Origin: Macrostomum hystrix
Taxonomy: Eukaryota > Animalia > Platyhelminthes
Reading direction: 5' to 3'
NCBI GenBank assembly: GCA_950097015.1
Contig: CATNEN010000039.1
Location: 12,400,001-12,464,000, forward strand
DNA: 64,000 bases
The notes beneath the pieces were generated by a model. That model was not told where the DNA came from. It searched no databases and was given only the letters and a program-made list of their open reading frames with translations. Shown one piece after another: positions 10,201-22,545 of the stretch. Position numbers and translations under genes: made by a program. Numbering within the stretch: position 1 is the stretch's first letter; the number at the start of each line of letters is the position of its first letter.

Positions 10201-13200
10201 AGCATCGACGGAGTCGATGTCAACGACAGGCTGCCACCGGCGGCTGCGGCTGCGCCGCCCGGTGTAGCCGACGCAGACGGAGAGGCAGCCGAAGGCGATG
10301 ATGAAGCGGCGCCGACTGAAGCAACGCGATGCTCCGAGTCAGCGATCAGGCCAAGAGCGGCTGGAGATTGATAAGCGGAAAATACTATTATTTCTGTCAA
10401 CATAACCCACGTATTCAGTGTTACACTGAAATTATACCTGAAATGGGACCTAGATTGAAAGAAAGATTGAAAGAAACAGCCACCTGAAATTAAACTAAAC
10501 CAACATTAACCACCCAAAAACACATCTTATAACGAAACCAATCCTAAAGTGACACCCATCCTAAAATGACACCCATCCTAAAATGACACCCATCCTAAAA
10601 TGACACTCATCCTAAAATGACACCCATCCTAAAATGACACCCATCCTAAAATGACATCAATCCTAAAATGACACCCATCCTAGAATGACACTCATCCTAA
10701 AATGACATCAATCCTAAAATGACACTCATCCTAAAATGACATCAATCCTAAAATGACACTCATCCTAAAATGACACTCATCCTAAAATGACATCAATCCT
10801 AAAATGACACTCATCCAAAAATGACATCAATCCTAAAATGACATCAATCCTAAAATGACATTAATCCTAAAATGACACCCATCCTAAAATGACACTCACT
10901 CTAAAATGACATCAATCCTAAAATGACACTCATCCAAAAATGACATCAATCCTAAAATGACATCAATCCTAAAATGACATTAATCCTAAAATGACACCCA
11001 TCCTAAAATGACACTCATACTAAAATGACATTAATCCTAAAATGACACTCATCCTAAGATGACATTAATCCTAAAATGACACCCATCCTAAAATGACACT
11101 CATCCTAAAATGACACTCATCCTAAAATGACACTCATCCTAAAATGACACTCATCCTAAAATGACATTAATCCTAAAATGACACTCATCCTAAGATGACA
11201 TTAATCCTAAAATGACACCCATCCTAAAATGACACTCATCCTAAAATGACACTCATACTAAAATGACATTAATCCTAAAATGACACCCATCCTAAAATGA
11301 CACTCATCCTAAAATGACACTCATACTAAAATGACATTAATCCTAAAATGACACTCATCCTAAGATGACATTAATCCTAAAATGACACCCATCCTAAAAT
11401 GACACTCATCCTAAAATGACACTCATACTAAAATGACATTAATCCTAAAATGACACTCATCCTAAGATGACATTAATCCTAAAATGACACTCATCCTAAA
11501 ATGACACTCATACTAAAATGACATCAATCCTAAAATGACATCCATTCTAAAATGACACTCATACTAAAATGACATTAATCCTAAAATGACACTCATCCTA
11601 AAATGACACATTCCAAACTAACAAAAATCTAAAATGGCACATCCTAAATTGACGCAGATTTTTAAATGACACTTTACACAAAACTAAATCCAAAAAGCAT
11701 AAATGACATCAATCCATTGATAACAAACAACGGAACTCACCTGAAGAAGCAGACTTGCCCATAGTCGGCCAAACAGGATGAGAGCTGTAGAGCAGTGAAG
11801 AGAACTCAGTCTTCTGCTCCTGCTGCAGCAGCTTCTTTGAAGCCTCGTCACCACCGAGTTGTTGAGCCTCGCCAGTTAGAATCATCGATGAAGAATCGTC
11901 GCCGCAGCCGCTCTCCTCTAGCTGAGAATTCTGGTTGCTAAGGACGCTATTGTCGTCAAGGGAGCGAGCGGAAGCCGAAGCTTTAGCCGGACGTTCGTTG
12001 GCCAATCTAAGCAGCATGTCGTCTGAGTACAGGTGCCAATTATTCTCCCGGGAGATGCGGCTAGCCTGACAGCAGGTTGTGAGCATCTCGTGCGAGATTC
12101 TGGCGTGCACGCCCATCACGTGACGCCGCGCGTCGGCCAGGGTGCTCGGCCGGACACTGTTTCCAGGCCGGCGAACAGTGTGAAACACTCGGCCGCAGAT
12201 GCACTTGTAGGCTACGGTTTTTCCGCGGGCAATCTGGCGCACCAGCTGGTACTTGGAGTAGGCGCGCATCTTCAACACCAGACTGTCCTGGTGTGGACGA
12301 TCGCAGGCATCTCGCAACAGATGACGAAGGACGGACTCGGAGAACGGCAGATTAATCACCTGGTCAAGATTGGTTGTTAGGATGATCTGTCACTCTAGCC
12401 TGAATGATCTGTCACGCTGAATTGATTGATCTGATCTGTCTGTCACTCTTATCTAAATTGTCTGTCACTCTTATCTGAATTGTCTGTCACTCTTATCTGA
12501 ATTGTCTGTCACTCTTATCTGAATTGTCTGTCACTCTAAATTGAATGATCTGTCACTCTAAATTAATTGACCTGTCTGTCACTTTAAATTGAATGACCCG
12601 TCACTTTAATCTAGAAAGCCTGTCACTCTAATTTAGAAAGTATGTCACTCCAATCTAGAAAGTCTGTCACTCTAATTTAGAAAGTTTGTCACTCTAATCT
12701 AGAAATTCTGTCACTATAATCTTACCTCCTCTTCGTCCACACCGTCGGCCTCTTCAAAATGGCTGGGATTCTGGCCGAAGTGCAGCATGGCACCCTTATT
12801 ATTGTCCGCAAGACCAGAAGCGGTCGGGTTGCCATCGGACGAAGCTGGAGTGAGTGGCTGCTGCTGCTGATTACTATTCAGCGGCTCTAACACCGCGGCA
12901 GCGTCTGGGTCCAGCATCATCAGATCCTCGGCGTCCTCAGACGAGACTAAACCGGCAGCGGCGCCGCCATCGCCGGACTGTCTGATGCGAACGAATTCGC
13001 GAGCCAATCGAATAAGCTTGTCGTCATTAAGCAGGGTGTACTCAGCCGGATCCAGCCTAGACGCCTGCAGGCAGTAGCGAAAGTGCTTAGTCGAGATGCC
13101 ACAGTGGGCGCCAAGAATGTGCTTGCGGACATCGGCTAGCGCGTGCGGCGAAGCGTAGCTGCAGGAGCCGCACAGGTACTTCTTGCCGTTGCGAGCATCA

Positions 13201-16200
13201 ACAATCACGTGCAGAGTCGAATAGGTGCCCATCTTGCCGATTAGGTAGTCCTGGGGGAGGGCAGGCAAGGATGGGATAATGTTTACAGAAATCTGAAAAG
13301 TTTCATGATTACATAAAATATGTCTCACTGACCCAAAGGACATTGTTTACCGAGATCCCATAGGACATTGTTTACCAAAGTCAGTCTAATCCCGTAGGAC
13401 ATTGTTTACCAAAGTCAGTCTAATCCCGTAGGACATTGTTTACCAACATCCCATAGGACATTGTTTACCGAGATCCCATAGGACATTGTTTACCAAAGTC
13501 AGTCTAATCCCGTAGGACATTGTTTACCAACATCCCATAGGACATTGTTTACCAAAGTCAGTCTAATCCCGTAGGACATTGTTTACCAACATCCCATAGG
13601 ACATTGTTTACCGAGATCCCATAGGACATTGTTTACCGAGATCCCATAGGACATTGTTTACCAAGATCCTATAGGACATTGTTTACCAAGATCCCATAGG
13701 ACATTGTTTACCAAGATCCTATAGGACATTGTTTACCAAGATCCTATAGGACATTGTTTACCAAGATCCTATAGGACATTGTTTACCGAGATCCCATAGG
13801 ACATTGTTTACCAAGATCCCATAGGACATTGTTTACCGAGATCCCATAGGACATTGTTTAACAAGATCCCATAGGACATTGTTTACCAACATCCCATAGG
13901 ACATTGTTTACCAAGATCCTATAGGACATTGTTTAGAAAGATCCCATAGTAAATATTTTTCAAGATCCCAAAGGACATTTCTACATATTCACCTGCGACT
14001 CCTTGCTAAAGTGCTGTGTTAGCTGGCGCAGGACTCTAGTACTGTAAGGCAGTGGCACTCGATGCCTGTAGGCGTCGATGCGTACAGGGCGCGGTCTGTC
14101 ATCGTCGCGATCGGCCTCAGTTTTGTGAACCTTTAAAATTAGTGTAGATCAGGGGTGGGCAAACTTATTTGCTGGCGGGCCAAAGAGAGAGCCTAAAAGA
14201 CGACAGCGGGCCGCATTGACTGTATAAATATGAGATAGGGGAGAGATGAGACACAGGAAAGATGGGACACGAGAGAGATGAGACACGGGAGAGATAAGAC
14301 AGGGAAGAGATTAGACACGGGAGAGATTAGACACGGGAGAGATTAGACAGGGAAGAGATTAGACACGGGAGAAATTAGACACGGGAGAGACTAGACAGGG
14401 AAGAGATTAGACACGGGAGAAATTAGACACGGGAGAGACTAGACACGGGAGAGATTAGATACGAGAGCGATGAGACACGGGAGAGATTAGACACGGGAGA
14501 GATAAGACAGGGAAGAGATTAGATACGAGAGCGATGAGACACGGGAGATATTAGACACGAGAGAGATGAAACAGGACATGTCAGATGTCAGAAGGGGCAA
14601 CGGGCCGGATTTGGGAGCTTCGAGGGCCGCATCTGGCCCGCGGGCTGGAGTTTGCCCACCCCTGGTGTAGATGTAATAATACTACTGATTAGTGCCAGTA
14701 AGTGAGTAGTATGCAGTGCAAATTCATAGTAAAATATAAGCAGGGCAGGCTCTTACCAATGTGATAGAACCGCCTTTATTGCAACCAGGCGCCGGTTGAG
14801 TATACTTCAAGCAGTCCCTGACTGTGTCACGCGGTATGCCCAGGTGTACACTGAGCAGATGCCGTTTAAAATCTCCGAGCCCGTAGGGGAAGGCCCGCTT
14901 GCACTCGGGGCACTCGGGTATACGGCGCTGATTCTCTCGACCCAAGATCTTGACCTTGTAGCCGCAGAAGCGTTTCATCTTGGCGATGATGTTCTCCGTA
15001 GCCGGTGTGGCAGGCTTGGCAGCCCTGTAGGCATCCTCGTTGAACGGGAAGCTGACAAACTCGATGGTGCTAGATAAACTGTTGGAATCAGCGGCTGAGT
15101 CTAGACGGGCTAGCTTTATCGACACGGAGGCGCTTGCAGCAGGCGGCGGGATTAATGACACTGAAGCTGGCTCGTCAAGTGGACGTTTGCGAATCAGATG
15201 CAGCTGCTGCGGCTGCTGCTGCTGCTGCTGTGACGGCAATGGCGGAGGCGGCGGCGGCGGCGCCGGTGGCTCCGGCTCTTCGTCAATAGATTTGGCTAGG
15301 GCCACACGTGAAGTGCAAATGTCCTCTTGTATGAGAGTGACCTGTTTAAACCGAAATCAATGTTGTTACATTCTCATTTAAAAACTTTTAACCAGTGGCC
15401 ATCCTTAGAACAGCCCAATTCAAAACTCGCGGGCATGACATCAAACATGAGACCGTGGGAGAAGATGAAATAGGGTGAAAAGAGACATAATACGACGGGA
15501 GTTAAGATGGGAGAGTGGAGACACGGAAGAGATGAGAAAGGGGAGAGATTAGACATGAGAAAGGGGATAGGTAAGACCACAGACGATCAGGGAAGAGGCA
15601 AGACACGGGAGATAATATGGAATGAGATAGGACTGGGTAGAGATGAGACCGGGTAGAGATGAGACTGGGCGGAGATGAGACTGAGTAGAGATATGAGACT
15701 AGGTAGAGATGAGACTGGGTAGAGATGAGACTGGGTAAGAGATGAGACCGAGTAGAGATATGAGACTGGGTAGAGATGAGACTAGGTAGACATGAGACTG
15801 GGTAGAGATGAGACTAGGTAAACATGAGGCTGGGTAGAGATGAGACTGGGCAGAGATGAGACTGGGTAGAGATGGCTTCCTACGAGAAAGAAGAGAGATG
15901 AGATAAGGGTATTGAGAAAATTAAGTTGACAAAGGAGAAACGAGAGATGGGATAGAGCTCAGACGAGGCAGAAGAGGCGAGACAGGGAACAGATACGACA
16001 GGGGACTGGTGATGGAAGGACCTTAGACCATTAATTAAGCATCATCATTGATCATTGAAAACTTTTGAAATAAAAGCACTTCGTTAGCTTAATACATAAC
16101 CCGATTTAAAGGTAAGTCGAGCATGATCGTCTATGGTCATGAGCACCAAGAAGCAAGCACAGAAGCAGCTGCCATAAAAGACTAGATGGATGGCTTGGCT

Positions 16201-19200
16201 AGATACCAATGCCAGTCTCCAATGCAGCACTCCATCTGATCATACCCCGCCCTTAGTATTTACCCCCGTCGGGTGCTTCAACAACTAGGAGGCTAGGCGG
16301 AGAGAAATGAATAGCAAGAGAGAGAGAGAGAGAAGGACTGGTAGGCAGTCAGCAGTCGATGGTAAAAAGCGTAGCGGAAGGCTAGGAATTGAACTGGGCG
16401 GAGGCGGCCGCGGCGGCGCAGTTGGTGGCAGACGGGGGGAGAACGCGGGTGAATGAACAGCCCGCCGATTTCTACAGTACCGGGAGGGCCGGGCCGACAG
16501 ACAGGCCGGGCCCAGAGAGAGAGAAAGAGAGGGAGAGACGGAGAGAGAGGAGGAGGACGAGGGAGAGCGGGCAGGCGTGGAACCCAGCCCGGACCCGATC
16601 TGGAGACCTCAGCGCCTAGGACTGACGTTGCCGCTGCAATAGCCAGCACGGTTGGTGAGGCCGGTGTGGGCCTTGCGAAATCCAAGGCCCGCCTTGCCTC
16701 ATTGATACACAGCCAGCAGACGACTGTGAGGCCCCGGGGACAGAGAGGCAGAGAGAGGAAACGAGAGAAGAGGGAGGAAGGGTGCCTGCCTGTGTGAGGG
16801 AGCCAGGCAGCCACAGCGAGCTGAGTCACTCGGCCTCTGCGCATTCAGGGGGGCCGGGCAGGCGGGCAGAAGCAGAAGACAGGAAGAAGAAGCAGGTGGC
16901 ATAAGCCTCGGCAGTCGGCCTCGGCCGATGTTGCAGATGATGCTATTAAACGGTCTTCTCTCTTGTTTTCTCGCTATCTACTAAAAGCTAGGGCCAGTTC
17001 GCTGGCAAGGCCGCAGCTGCGGGACTAGCCGATGATGATATCCAGGAGGAAGCAAATAAGAGCTTCCTCATACAATGCGGCCAAGCTTCAATCGCTGCGA
17101 CAATTTTGTCTCAAACTAAGCTTAGAAAAAACGCAATGCCCGAACTAGAAGTCAATCTCAGATGTTTAGAATGATTGTTGACTCATCTCCGCACACGCCT
17201 ACAGTTCAATGATTGCACAATCGTCACATATCAAAGAGGATGGTTGGAATTGTACACGCAACCAATTCTAGGGTCGAAAATGACAGACAAATTGCTGAGT
17301 TAGCACAACCCCCTGCGCTATTCAATTGAAGACAAAGAATTCAGTTGTCAAGGCCTAGGAAGGCAGACAAAATTCGTCATCATCAGTCGGAGAGTTATAA
17401 CACAGAAACACACAATGAGACAACCGCAGAGCGAGCTCAGCTACTAGCAGAATGAGAAAAAGGAAGGAGCGCCTCAGTGAGTCAGGCAGGCAGGCAGGCA
17501 GTCTGGGTCGTGGTCGCGATGCACGCGTACACAACGCCAGCTAGGCAAACCCAAGTATTCAGTACCCAACAAGCGAGGCCGCAGCCTGCCTGTGGGGTGG
17601 CTGACAGGCGGCAGTCTGAACGGACGCGGCCCGGCAGAACAGTCCAGTTTGTCGCTTCTACTTCTCTCTCTGCCTGCCCGCCTGCCTGCCTGCCTGTCTC
17701 TCTCACTCTATCCCCCGCTACGGCCCTCCTGACTGTGTGTGTGTGTGCTGCGGACTCTCTATCGCTTGTGCCTATCTGCGCAGCCTAGGCTGAGGTCCTC
17801 CTGGGCAATCGGGCTGCCCGCCCGCGGCCAGCAGAACGCCAGCCTAAATCTGGAAAGCAGCTCCGCCCGCGTGTGTCTCGCTAAGGTCTTTCTCTCCCTC
17901 TCCGCTCGATGCCTGCCTGCCTTCCTGGCCAACCAAGCTTTCCGCTCCACCTCCGCGAAGGCAGCAGCAGCAGAAGCAGCGGCGGTAGCAGCGGCGGTAG
18001 CAGCGGCAACGGCCGCGGCCTCGGCAGGTTGCAAAAATCTGGGCCAAGCAGGCATGCAAGCCAGTGAGAGAAACACAGCGATAGAGCGCGGCCAGAGAGA
18101 GAGAGGGGAGAGACCGGTTGGGGCGGGGACAGGAGGGGCCGCCCTCAAAGCCCTTCGCAACGTTCATTCCGACCGCGGTTCTCCTCCAACGCCGGTGACA
18201 AACACACTCACACTAGCCGTGCTAGCTTAGTAGGCTTGTTATTACCTTCAAGCTTCACCTTCACTCAGTTAGGCCAGTTCAAAGCCTGGCCTTGCCCTTC
18301 CAGTCCATAGGGCGGAGAAGGCATAGGCGAGAGGGTTTGGCTGCAACGTATGACGTCAACTGTAGAAGCCAGAATCAAGGAAATCGGGTACGGTAGGCAG
18401 TGGGTACTGCTGCTGCTGCTGAATGCTGCAGTCAGCTAAAAAACCTCAGTCTAGCTGTGTGTTTGTGTCACAAGCCCCGTTGTGCACGTCAATAGTTGCT
18501 GAGGAAATCTAGAACTAGACGACTCTTAACTATTGGATGTGGTCTCGCCCGGAGCTGAACTTCATTCCTTCCTTCATTGCTTCTTGCTCAGCGCTGCTCA
18601 GAGCAGCTCTCATTTACTCTACAATCCGACCCTTGCCTACCCGACTGCCTTCTGACAACGCCCGAAGTCGACATACACGCGCGCACACACACACAAGCGC
18701 ACACACTGCAGGCACGGCTCTTCAGCTCACGCGCACAAAAGCTTCGCGTGTTTTCTGCATTTCTCTCCAGTCCGGCCTTAGTCTTCTCTCCGCAGCTCTT
18801 TGAAAGGGGCCTCCTCCGTCCGTGCAGGACTGAAGACCCGCCAGCCAGGACTATAAACGATTGTGAGCTATAGAGCCTTAGTTAACTACTCGAATACGCT
18901 CGCTGAGATAACCGCAGGCTCAAGAGACCTTCCAGTCACGCTGCCACCGGTCTGCCCTCTGTCCAACCCAACCCTCTCCTCCGGCCTTTAACCGCGACTC
19001 GATCGCTGGACCAAGTCGCCACCTCTCCTCTCCCCCACCTCTACAGGAAAGCAACACGGCAACTGGCAACCGTCACTGTACAACTTGGGTGTCGCTAGAT
19101 TTTCATTGCGAAATGCGCGCCTAGAACAAGTGCGCGATTCAGGGACAGACATAGATAGAGTTTGTGTGTGCGGCCTGGCCTCCCGGTGACTTGACTGACG

Positions 19201-22200
19201 AAGGAGTTAAAGAAGGTGCAACAGATTGCCAAGTTTATTTGGTTGCACATTTTTACGTGTCTAGTTATGCAACTTGACAGGGGTGAGTGGAGAGCGGTTA
19301 ACGCGTTTGCCTCTCGCACCAAGGTCCCTGAGGGCGATTCCACGGAGAGGCTACATTCATTTGGGGCGCAGCCGCGGAGAGAAGGCTTGGGGGCTTGTCG
19401 TGCCCTTCATGTCCTTGTGGGCCAACCTCCAAGGCATAGTTGAAACTGTACACTGCCTGACGATGAGAAAGTCAGGGCAGATGTACACACAGCGTTTGCC
19501 TGCGTACGGTATCTGTGTGTGTGTGCTCAGGAGTCAGCGAAATGGGCAGAATTGCCTCCTTGCTGGCTTCGGGTCTAGTGTCACCAAATGATGGGCCATT
19601 GCCCGCAGCCCTCCTGCGATTATTACTTATTATTATGCAACTTGACAGTCAGGTAAACGACTGGAGTAAGTATGACTGAATTTTCAATTGACTTATGCTT
19701 CGTCATCTAATTAGCGGCTTAATTAGCGAATTAATGAGGTTCTGGAGTTCGAATCCATTCTAATATAAAAAACACAAGAATGGTGTACTCACCTCAGCCT
19801 CATCGCCGTGAGCAGATGCAATGTGCTCAAGAATGAGGCCAGGATCAGTGGCCGCGGCGCCGCACTCCGAACAATAGCAGAGTCGATAATTCACTTTATC
19901 AGCGTCGCCAGCTTCGTCGCTATCCGGCTTGACAGCTGTTAGTCGTCTGCAATCGTGGCTGAGGTGACGCGCAAACTTAGCCCAGCTGACGGTGGTAAAC
20001 TGGCAAGATGGACAGCGCAGGCCGAAAACATTCGCTGATGGCCGCTGATGCTGCGACAATTCGCCGAGGTTAGCGGCGTCATCGTTGAGTCCGGCGACCG
20101 CTGCGGCGGTAGACGCTGGCAAGCTCAGAAAGGACACCGGACGGGCGGCGCAGGCCAGGTAGTCGATGCTGATGATTGCAGTGGCTGGCTGGCTCGGATG
20201 CCGTTTGGCCAGGTGACGCTGAACAGCCAGCTTGCTGGCACTCTTCACCAAACAGCCGGGCACCTCGCAGTGGTAGAGAGGCCGGACACTCTCCTCCAGA
20301 TGGGCTGGAGTTACACCGAGATAATAAAGGCTGTGTAGATATATCTGTTCAGTCCGTGGACTGTAGCTTAAAAGTAGAAAACCATTTGGGTATTTGAAAT
20401 ACCCCGTGGTTTTTCTAATGTTAAATGATTTCACTACAAGATTCCTAACTAGCTAAATAATGATAATGGCAATGATAATGACACTGGCACCAACCTGCTA
20501 GTTGAACGGCGCTACTAAAAACTTGGCCGCAGCAGCCGCATGCGCAGTCTTCGAGTTGGCTGCCGTGCATACCGTGGCAATGATCCAAGAAGGCTGTCTT
20601 GTCCTCCAGATAGACTGGACAATGCGGACACGGATAAAGATCCTGAGCAGTGGCCGCAGCAAAGTGACGCAACTGATGCTCGCCAATGTCGGCCACAGGA
20701 GTCTGCGTCAAGCAATAAGGACAGACAGACTCAACAGCCTGGTGCTCATCTGTTGCATGCTGAACAAGTTGGTCGGCATCCCAAGTTGAGTAGGCCAGGC
20801 AGTGAGCACAGACAAAGCATGCGCTGGCGGATTCAAGACGGTGAGCCAGCTGGTCATATTTGGCATGCTGCAAGTCCTTCTCTAGGAGGGCCGAGCGCTG
20901 CCTTCGCAGCTTGGCTACAGTCAACTGGACCAATAAATGACAATGAAGGGATAGGGAGCACATTAATGAGACTGTCCTGTGCACTTTTTATAAATCTGAT
21001 ACAGCAGCAGTAATTTATAGAGCTTAACATTAATTTTTAGGCATATGGTTGTAAAATATTAAACAGCTAATGGCAGCCTAATCAATCAAACTCATATAGT
21101 ATTAAAAAACAAAAATATTATAAAAGTAAACCAAGATAAGAGGAGAACAAGTTTACAAGAAAAATATCAATTAATATTTATAATGTTATACTTAAAAAGT
21201 TTATAGGGTATTTTCATGACCACCAGATTACTATTTAAAAACTATCTCTGCTGCACAGTTTGGCACAAAATTAGGCATATACTACAAAAACTAGTATATA
21301 CTGTGTGAAAGGTGTTAATACATTTTAACTACCAAGGAGCTAACTTTTAGTGTACCTAGTACATAAAAACTTTGTGCTTTCTGGCAGACAGAGCATGATT
21401 TTGACCATTGATAATAGCTATATAGCTACAATTATTTTAGTACATAATTAATAATAATAAATAGTTAGGCCTAAATTAACTATAAGCCACATTATTTTTG
21501 ACTACTTACAATAAAAATGTGACAAGCTACTTTGAATTTTTAAGTTACTTAAAACAGCACCAAAATACTTGGATAGCTATAATATATAACAGAAAGACTT
21601 ATAGCATGTATTAGGTACTAAAAGATGACTAGAAATAGCTAGTGATAAAATACAATATATATATAATAAATATTGCCAATTTCTAGAACAAGATGAAGTA
21701 GCTTTATACTTACCATATATTAATACACTATATGCTATAGCTAGCTTTATATCGTAATTTTAGGCATTTTTATTCTAGTTAAACATACCAGGCAAGGGCC
21801 TTGATGTTTATGATCAACCTTAAAACTCAGATGTATAAGTTTTATAATGATATTTACCTAAAAAACTAGGGACTAATATTAGTCTATTCACTATAATACA
21901 ATTTACAATAGCTTGATATATTAATACCTGAAATTAGGCAGACTTTTGCCTAGCCCTGGGCCTGGGCTGAGGTAATTTATCTATAAAAATATTATGTCAT
22001 AATTAATATAAAGGTTATATACTCATAGACCAGTAAATAAAAAAGCTTCCATTGAAAAGCTCAAACTTTATTTAAACACTTGAATAAAAATTTTACTCAA
22101 TAATAATATGTATCAAATACTGTTGATGTTTGAATAGGCCTGCATATAATAGATAATAAGATAACTCTTACCTCAATAGAAGGTTTGTCCGTCTTGTGAT

Positions 22201-22276
22201 TTTTACCAATGATCTCATGGCTACTAGCGCTAGCAGTAGAAGCACCATTCATTCGATGAAAAGGAAGCATATCCAT
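7244..22276 (-). CDS. Multi-C2H2 zinc-finger protein, ~1695 aa, 10 exons: 22276-22172, 20924-20495, 20304-19793, 15341-14757, 14130-13993, 13250-12726, 12359-11741, 10360-10059, 9439-8990, 8665-7244
   Basis: All introns are GT-AG with matching phases and the frame is open. Many CxxC...HxxxxH fingers, four repeated extended modules, an acidic tract and an SRKRPR NLS-like motif. Confidence 0.85.
9455..9900. repeat. 11-bp intronic minisatellite GAGTAGGATTT
   Basis: Tandem array filling most of the intron. Confidence 0.95.
10540..11610. repeat. 17-bp intronic minisatellite ATCCTAAAATGACACTC
   Basis: Tandem array. Confidence 0.95.
12380..12715. repeat. ~21-bp degenerate intronic repeat TGTCTGTCACTCTTATCTGAAT
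   Basis: Tandem array occupying essentially the whole intron. Confidence 0.9.
13335..13980. repeat. 25-bp intronic minisatellite GGACATTGTTTACCAAGATCCCATA
   Basis: Tandem array. Confidence 0.95.
14150..14664. mobile_element. Non-autonomous hAT (Charlie-like) MITE
   Basis: 16-bp perfect TIR CAGGGGTGGGCAAACT / AGTTTGCCCACCCCTG; exact 8-bp TSD GTGTAGAT; GGGCCG/CGGCCC-type subterminal motifs; internal GAGATTAGACACGGGA array. Confidence 0.92.
15460..15990. repeat. GAGATGAGACTGGGTA-type purine-rich minisatellite
   Basis: Tandem ~16-18-bp units related to the MITE-internal arrays. Confidence 0.8.
19281..19632 (+). mobile_element. Full-length tRNA-derived SINE (family 2)
   Basis: tRNA-like head, conserved body with hairpin CTGCCTGAC...GTCAGGGCAG, (ATT)n tail, and TSD TTATGCAACTTGACAG on both sides. 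Confidence 0.9.
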
Positions 22277-22534
22277 TCTAGCTCAATTGTTATCTAGCTA
22301 CTAAGCTACTTTACAATCAATGGAGCACTGGAGCAGCTAGGCCTACTATTAAATACTAAAACTGAAAGTAGCTAGTTTCTATGATTCGCAAGCTGAAAAA
22401 ACAATGGATGCATGGTTTAAAACTTCTAAGAGCGATTTCGAAAAAAATTCAGAACACTAAATTAAGCCAGTAATCAATATAGTATTGCAGGCGAAATCAT
22501 ATAACGAAAGTCTGATGATAACGTGTTGAACTTG

Positions 22535-22545
22535 TGCGCATGCGC
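22535..22545. promoter_or_regulatory. NRF1/Ewg-type palindromic motif in the divergent promoter region of the ZF gene and ANKDD1
   Basis: TGCGCATGCGC about 260 bp upstream of the ZF ATG. Confidence 0.4.

Noticed and set aside
16293-18873. Cluster of short ORFs in the large ZF intron
   Set aside because: Low-complexity GC-rich sequence open on both strands, with no domain or consistent exon chain.
19450-19490. Hammerhead ribozyme in SINE (CTGACGA...GAAA), by analogy to schistosome Sm-alpha
   Set aside because: CTGAC pairs with the downstream GTCAG in a simple hairpin; no stem II/III geometry or cleavage triplet could be built.
20304-20360. Apparent frameshift in the ZF gene at the acceptor near 20360
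   Set aside because: Using the acceptor at 20305 restores phase and gives a correctly spaced CxxC-x12-H, so no frameshift is needed.
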